From Promethearchaeota archaeon (GTDB lineage: Archaea; Asgardarchaeota; Lokiarchaeia; Sigyniarchaeales; SOKP01): 64,000 nt of DNA. The stretch is from the NCBI GenBank assembly GCA_048939995.1, contig JBHLOY010000003.1, positions 224,001-288,000 of the forward strand, given 5' to 3'. A program made the translations under genes and the position numbers. A model generated the notes under the pieces. It was not told the origin of the DNA and made no database searches. It saw nothing but the letters and a program-made list of their open reading frames with translations. Positions within the stretch are counted from its first letter, which is position 1. Each line of letters opens with the position of its first letter. This document shows, piece by piece, positions 59,812-64,000 of this stretch.

Positions 59812-59848
59812 TTGTAAGTATGTCTAAGTAAGAAAATTTATAAATTTA
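59812..59848. repeat. 37-bp direct repeat copy 2
   Basis: TTGTAAGTATGTCTAAGTAAGAAAATTTATAAATTTA. Confidence 0.85.
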
Positions 59849-60133
59849 GACTATATTAATTGTAATTTTTAAAAAATATCTCTTGTAATCTGGTATTCCA
59901 CTGGATGATTTTCCTCACTGATATTAAACTGATATTTAAGATTTTTCATATCTATAATAGTAATCCAATTTAAAAATGAAAAAAGCTTTAATACTTTTAG
60001 ATAATAATAAGTCTAATGTTTATTTCAAGCCTTCTTCTAACATTTGCTAATTTTTTTCCCTATACTTCCTTATTTCAGCTTTCTATTCCTTGTTCATTAT
60101 GCTCTTTTAGGCTTATTAAGGTCTTCGTTTCCC

Positions 60134-60153
60134 CAAACCGAAGGATCGGTTTG
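60134..60153. terminator. Perfect 8-bp hairpin downstream of the thioesterase gene
   Basis: CAAACCGA-AGGA-TCGGTTTG. Confidence 0.4.
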
Positions 60154-60188
60154 ATAAACACTAAAAAATTAAAAAGAAAATAATAATT

Positions 60189-60644
60189 TTACATATTTAC
60201 TTTGACAGCCACAATTTCCCCTTTTACGCACTCTTTTTCTTTTGCAAACATTGAACAAGTTACTATTGCTTTACGCTCCTTCATTTCCTTTATTCGTGCT
60301 CTAAAGGTCCATGGTTTATTTAATGGGGTTGGTTTTAAGAATTTCACTAATAAAGTTCCTGTTGCATAAGCAATTACCGGTTTTGTGCTTTCATCTCGAC
60401 CTTCAGCGCGATAAGCTGCTGAAGCCACTGTATTAAGACAGTGACAATCGAGAATGCTAGCAATAATGCCTCCACATCCTATCCCTGGATATGCACAATG
60501 GTATCTTTTGGGTTTCCATATACATATACACTCATCCCCTTCCCAATAGCTCTTTATTTGAAGTCCATGTTCATTACTACGTCCACAACCCCAACAATAG
60601 GTGCCTAATTCAGGCCATTTATCTTGAATTGCTTCATTTTCCAT
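60189..60644 (-). CDS. PaaI/hotdog thioesterase
   Basis: CWGCG..N.HGL, GGIIASILDCH, TGTL.VKFLKPTP. Confidence 0.85.
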   Translation of the reverse strand: MENEAIQDKWPELGTYCWGCGRSNEHGLQIKSYWEGDECICIWKPKRYHCAYPGIGCGGIIASILDCHCLNTVASAAYRAEGRDESTKPVIAYATGTLLVKFLKPTPLNKPWTFRARIKEMKERKAIVTCSMFAKEKECVKGEIVAVKVNM

Positions 60645-61296
60645 AAAAATTTCTCTCTATTCGACTTTTTATACAATTTATTGAATTTCTAAATTTTAGA
60701 TAAAAATGTCAATTTATAATGTCATTAAAGGATCATTAGTTATTAATCTTAAGTCTGGAAATTTTTCAAAAATCTTAGTATTATCGCATATACATTTCCT
60801 CCTGATATTTTTTTTCTTGGTACCAAAAGGCATTACATTCGTAGATTTTATATTTATCATCGAAGGAAATAACCCAATCATAAAATAACTAAAATAACAA
60901 TTTTTTTTAGAATTTTTTTTTTAATTTTGATTCAACAGAATCAATTTGCTGGACTCATATTCTTTACTTCTTTATTTTTTTATTGACTATATTATAAAGT
61001 ATACAACCAAAACGTTAGGATCTTCAAAAAGTTTGATCAAATCTGTTTCCTTTATAAAATCTGCTCCTTCAATAATTAATTCTCTGAATTCTTCTTCTCT
61101 AGTTTTCCTCTAATATTAATTAATAAAGCTTTTAAAATTCTAAAAGATTTGGGGATGGAAAAAGGATATACTGGGGAAAAAATCAAGGAAGCGATATCAA
61201 GAATTTCCAATCAAAAAATAAATAGAAATTACTCCCAAAGTTCAATAAAACTTCGATAAATTACTCTATATATAAAGTACTTAATTATGAATAATT

Positions 61297-62121
61297 ATGA
61301 AATTTGGATATGCTATAGAAAATTTTGATGTAAATTTAAGTCCAAAAAATCTAATTCAAACAGCTAAATTACTCGAAGATTCAAGCTTTGAATCTCTATG
61401 GACAGTAGATCATATAATGCAACCTAAAGGAGGGCATCTCCCTCTTTATGATACAATTTCAGAAGTAATTGTAACCTTATCATTTCTTGGAAGCTATACC
61501 AAAAAAATCAAACTAGGTGTTTCAGCTTTGGTCTTGCCAATAAGAAATCCAGTTATTGTCGCAAAACAATTGGCAACTTTAGATTATTTAACTAATGGTA
61601 GGATGATGATTGTGTTTGTTGGAGGGTGGAATGAAGGTGAATTCAGTTTTTTAGGAAAACAGTTTAAAAATCGTGGAAAGATTTTTGATGAATACATTCA
61701 AATTGTTAAAAACCTCTGGATGGGTAAATCTGAATTTAAAGGAGTTTATTACCAATTTAAAAACGCCAGTTTTAAACCTATAAGAGATGACCTACAGAAT
61801 AAACCAATATTAATAGGTGGATATGTGAAACCAGCTATTGAGCGAGCTATATGTTTTGGTGATGGATGGCACCCAGGAGCATTGAGTGGAAAGGAGATGG
61901 AAGAAAAAATTGCCCCATTTAAAGATCAAATTAAACATAAAAATTTTCAACTCTCAGTTCATTCATTCGTATCAAAAAATACAAATATTTCAGAATTTGT
62001 TGATGAATATGCTAATCATGGAATATCAAGAATTGTTTTTGATATCACTAGAACTGATATTCCCCCCAATGAACGAAAAAATTACTTAAGAAAGTTATGC
62101 GATTTTGTTAAAAATTATTGA
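61297..62121 (+). CDS. LLM class (probably F420-dependent) oxidoreductase
   Basis: SLWTVDH, LGVSALVLPIRNPV.VAKQLATLD.L..GR, EF..LG, GDGW.P. Confidence 0.85.
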   Translation: MKFGYAIENFDVNLSPKNLIQTAKLLEDSSFESLWTVDHIMQPKGGHLPLYDTISEVIVTLSFLGSYTKKIKLGVSALVLPIRNPVIVAKQLATLDYLTNGRMMIVFVGGWNEGEFSFLGKQFKNRGKIFDEYIQIVKNLWMGKSEFKGVYYQFKNASFKPIRDDLQNKPILIGGYVKPAIERAICFGDGWHPGALSGKEMEEKIAPFKDQIKHKNFQLSVHSFVSKNTNISEFVDEYANHGISRIVFDITRTDIPPNERKNYLRKLCDFVKNY

Positions 62122-62295
62122 ATTTGCTTAATATATAAGTTTAAACTTATTATTTTCAATTGAAAGAATGCATGCCCTTTCTCTGGATTGCCAACTGAAT
62201 AAAAAACATCGGAAACTCTACGACAAACTTCTGATTCAAAACCTTTACTCACACACTTCAAGATAAGATAAATTACCTGGATATATTGCTCTTGA

Positions 62296-62451
62296 TTAAT
62301 TTTCCCATAAATCAAGATGCTTAAGGTTTACAAGTTTATGAAGTCCTTTAATTTCACTTATCGAATGAATATTTTTACCTCGTAAGCAGAGACTCTCAGT
62401 TGGAAGCTTTCCAACTTTATATTTCTTTCCTTTTACAGACACATAATTCAT
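62296..62451 (-). pseudogene. Truncated leucine-rich-repeat (SDS22-like) gene
   Basis: MNYVSVKGKKYKV...LCLRGKNIHSISEIKGLHKLVNLKHLDLWEN* stops inside the second LRR. Confidence 0.7.
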
Positions 62452-62560
62452 AAATATATTAATTTATCTTATTTATTTAAATGTTTACCCTGCAAGACTT
62501 TATTAGCTTACTAAAAAACGCTCTAGGCAGCATATTATTTAATAATGAGTTTGTGATCAA

Positions 62561-62644
62561 TACACACTCATACACAAAAAAAAGAAAACATTTAAATACT
62601 ATTATACACACTTTATGATCAGAGCTACACAAAAAAACTACACA
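62561..62644 (+). promoter_or_regulatory. Promoter with five TACACA direct repeats flanking a TATA-like TTTAAATA
   Basis: TACACA at 62561, 62571, 62605, 62626, 62639; TTTAAATA at 62591. Confidence 0.55.
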
Positions 62645-62678
62645 ACAAAAAAAAATAAAAAAAAGGTGGAAAGAAAAG

Positions 62679-62762
62679 ATGGAAAATAGTTATGAATACT
62701 ATCAGAAGAGTAAGGCCAGAAATGACGTGAATCGAGCGTTTGTTGGCCCAATGTGTTATTAA
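62679..62762 (+). CDS. Candidate 27-aa small ORF
   Basis: MENSYEYYQKSKARNDVNRAFVGPMCY; AGGTGG RBS. Confidence 0.5.
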   Translation: MENSYEYYQKSKARNDVNRAFVGPMCY

Positions 62763-62853
62763 ATAAAATTTTTTTTAATTTTTTTTATGCTAACCAAAAT
62801 TAATGAATAAATAATAAAAAGGTAAGAAAGAGAATAGTTTGGAGTTAAGAATA

Positions 62854-62940
62854 ATGAAAAGAGAAGAAATTATAGAAAATTGGAATCAATATTTAGATTT
62901 TAGATATGAATATATGGCATTTAATTATATTATCAAATAG
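62854..62940 (+). CDS. Candidate 28-aa small ORF
   Basis: MKREEIIENWNQYLDFRYEYMAFNYIIK; GGAG RBS; stop overlaps the RBS of the next gene. Confidence 0.45.
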   Translation: MKREEIIENWNQYLDFRYEYMAFNYIIK

Positions 62941-62951
62941 GAGGGGAGAAA

Positions 62952-63635
62952 ATGAAAATATCAGGATCAGGAACACTTTCTGAGGGAAGGATATACGATG
63001 AGCTGAATGCTTCTGGTTCAGTTAAACTAAAAGGGAATTTTGAATGTGATGGATTTCATTCCTCTGGTTCTTTGAGAGGGGAGGGAAACTTGATTGTTCA
63101 TGGGGACATAGAGAGTTCTGGTTCGTTTAGATTGATAGGGTCCCTTTATGGAGATAACAATTATAGATCTTCGGGTTCGACTTCAATAGAAGGAGAGATA
63201 ATTATCAAGGGGGAAGTAGTAAACTCTGGTTCATTAAGGGTAGGTAATAACCTTGAGGCTATTCAAGGAATTAGAATCTCTGGATCAACCCATGTAAAAG
63301 GCGGACTTAAGTCTAAAAGTCTTATAAAAATTACTGGATCATCTACAATTTATGGCGATATCAATGGGTTTGACATTTCACTAGGGCGCAAAGGCTTATC
63401 TAAAAGAAGCATATATAAGCATCCCAACAAAGTCTTTGGAAGCGTTTATGGGAGAGATAATATTTATTTAATCAATTGTCTTGTAGAAAATGATGTGAAA
63501 GGAAGAAAAGTATATATTGGACCTAAGACGGAAGTTTTAGGGACTGTATATTATGTTGATACCATTCAAGTTGATGTTAATGCGGTTCTCAAGAACAAGT
63601 CTGTTCAAATTAAAGAAGAAGAATTAATAGATTAG
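62952..63635 (+). CDS. Polymer-forming cytoskeletal (bactofilin-like, YhbF-type) beta-helix protein
   Basis: Repeated SGS...G.. strands; C-terminal V.G..V.IG....V.G.V.Y. Confidence 0.75.
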   Translation: MKISGSGTLSEGRIYDELNASGSVKLKGNFECDGFHSSGSLRGEGNLIVHGDIESSGSFRLIGSLYGDNNYRSSGSTSIEGEIIIKGEVVNSGSLRVGNNLEAIQGIRISGSTHVKGGLKSKSLIKITGSSTIYGDINGFDISLGRKGLSKRSIYKHPNKVFGSVYGRDNIYLINCLVENDVKGRKVYIGPKTEVLGTVYYVDTIQVDVNAVLKNKSVQIKEEELID

Positions 63636-63737
63636 ATTTAGGAGTTATGATAACAAGATTTTTTGAATTAGACTTATGTAAATATATAAAAAAATTTTAT
63701 TAAATATTAAAAAAATTGGATTAAAAGAGGTTTTAAT

Positions 63738-64000
63738 ATGTCTTTTGATGAAGAATGGAATGAAAAAAAAGAAGATGAAAAGGAAGACAAAAGTGAAGAA
63801 GATAAAGATGCAGGAAAAGTTCCTTTTTGGAAATTGCATGATATTCGGGATGAACTTCTATTTGAATTGGATGAGTTGCATGATGATTTAAAGGAAGAGA
63901 TCGAAGATGTTAAACATGATGCAGAGGACATAAAAGAGGATCTAAGAGAGGAACTAGAGGATCTTATGGAGGAACGAGAATCATTACTAGAAGAAGTTGG
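63738..64000 (+). CDS. Very acidic helical protein (3' end outside window)
   Basis: GAGG RBS; MSFDEEWNEKKEDEKEDKSEED...LDELHDDLKEEIEDVK..., open to the window end. Confidence 0.75.
   Translation, partial: MSFDEEWNEKKEDEKEDKSEEDKDAGKVPFWKLHDIRDELLFELDELHDDLKEEIEDVKHDAEDIKEDLREELEDLMEERESLLEEV

Noticed and set aside
60700-61110. Coding-like fragments on the minus strand and track ORF 60706..60888
   Set aside because: Multiple stops and no recognisable family; possibly a decayed gene but not supportable
63645-63931. Two minus-strand ORFs in the track
   Set aside because: Shadows of the + strand acidic ORF starting at 63738, which has an RBS
1-64000. Transposases, integrases, rRNA, CRISPR/cas
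   Set aside because: No such motifs seen; no duplicated tRNA 3' end indicating an att site was noticed

Overview
AT-rich archaeal chromosome segment, most consistent with an Asgard archaeon (Lokiarchaeia-like). The basis is the gelsolin-domain, roadblock, longin and small-GTPase genes, intron-containing tRNAs and GGTGA/GAGG ribosome-binding sites; this is inference, not a phylogeny. Left end: a U32 Fe-S protein and two radical SAM/SPASM enzymes that all carry the same DUF2621/PCP_red-like helical domain, preceded by a probable deleted B12-radical SAM remnant. Then NAD-dependent ligA, a gelsolin / roadblock / CDC48-N-like+VWA trio, nnr, tRNA-Thr(GGT) with a 28/29 intron, tRNA-Met with an atypical T-loop, YhhN, beta-carbonic anhydrase and a flotillin operon whose NfeD-like partner has 25 D[HQ]x triplets. 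Centre (best candidate for an undescribed system): two tandem ~2650-aa surface proteins (3x DUF2341+LamG, stalk, TM helix, cytoplasmic longin-like plus winged-helix tail) transcribed divergently from a longin-GTPase-roadblock-Rab fusion. This looks like a receptor-coupled small-GTPase module with an NPRL2/NPRL3/Rag-like layout. Right half: accessory metabolic genes (PlsA/PlsR-like activase pair, B12-radical SAM, AOR, LLM oxidoreductase), several pseudogenes and small ORFs, probable ATT start codons, and a bactofilin-like operon with repeated operator-like motifs. No CRISPR array, transposase or rRNA was seen. All family calls are by motif recognition without database searches.
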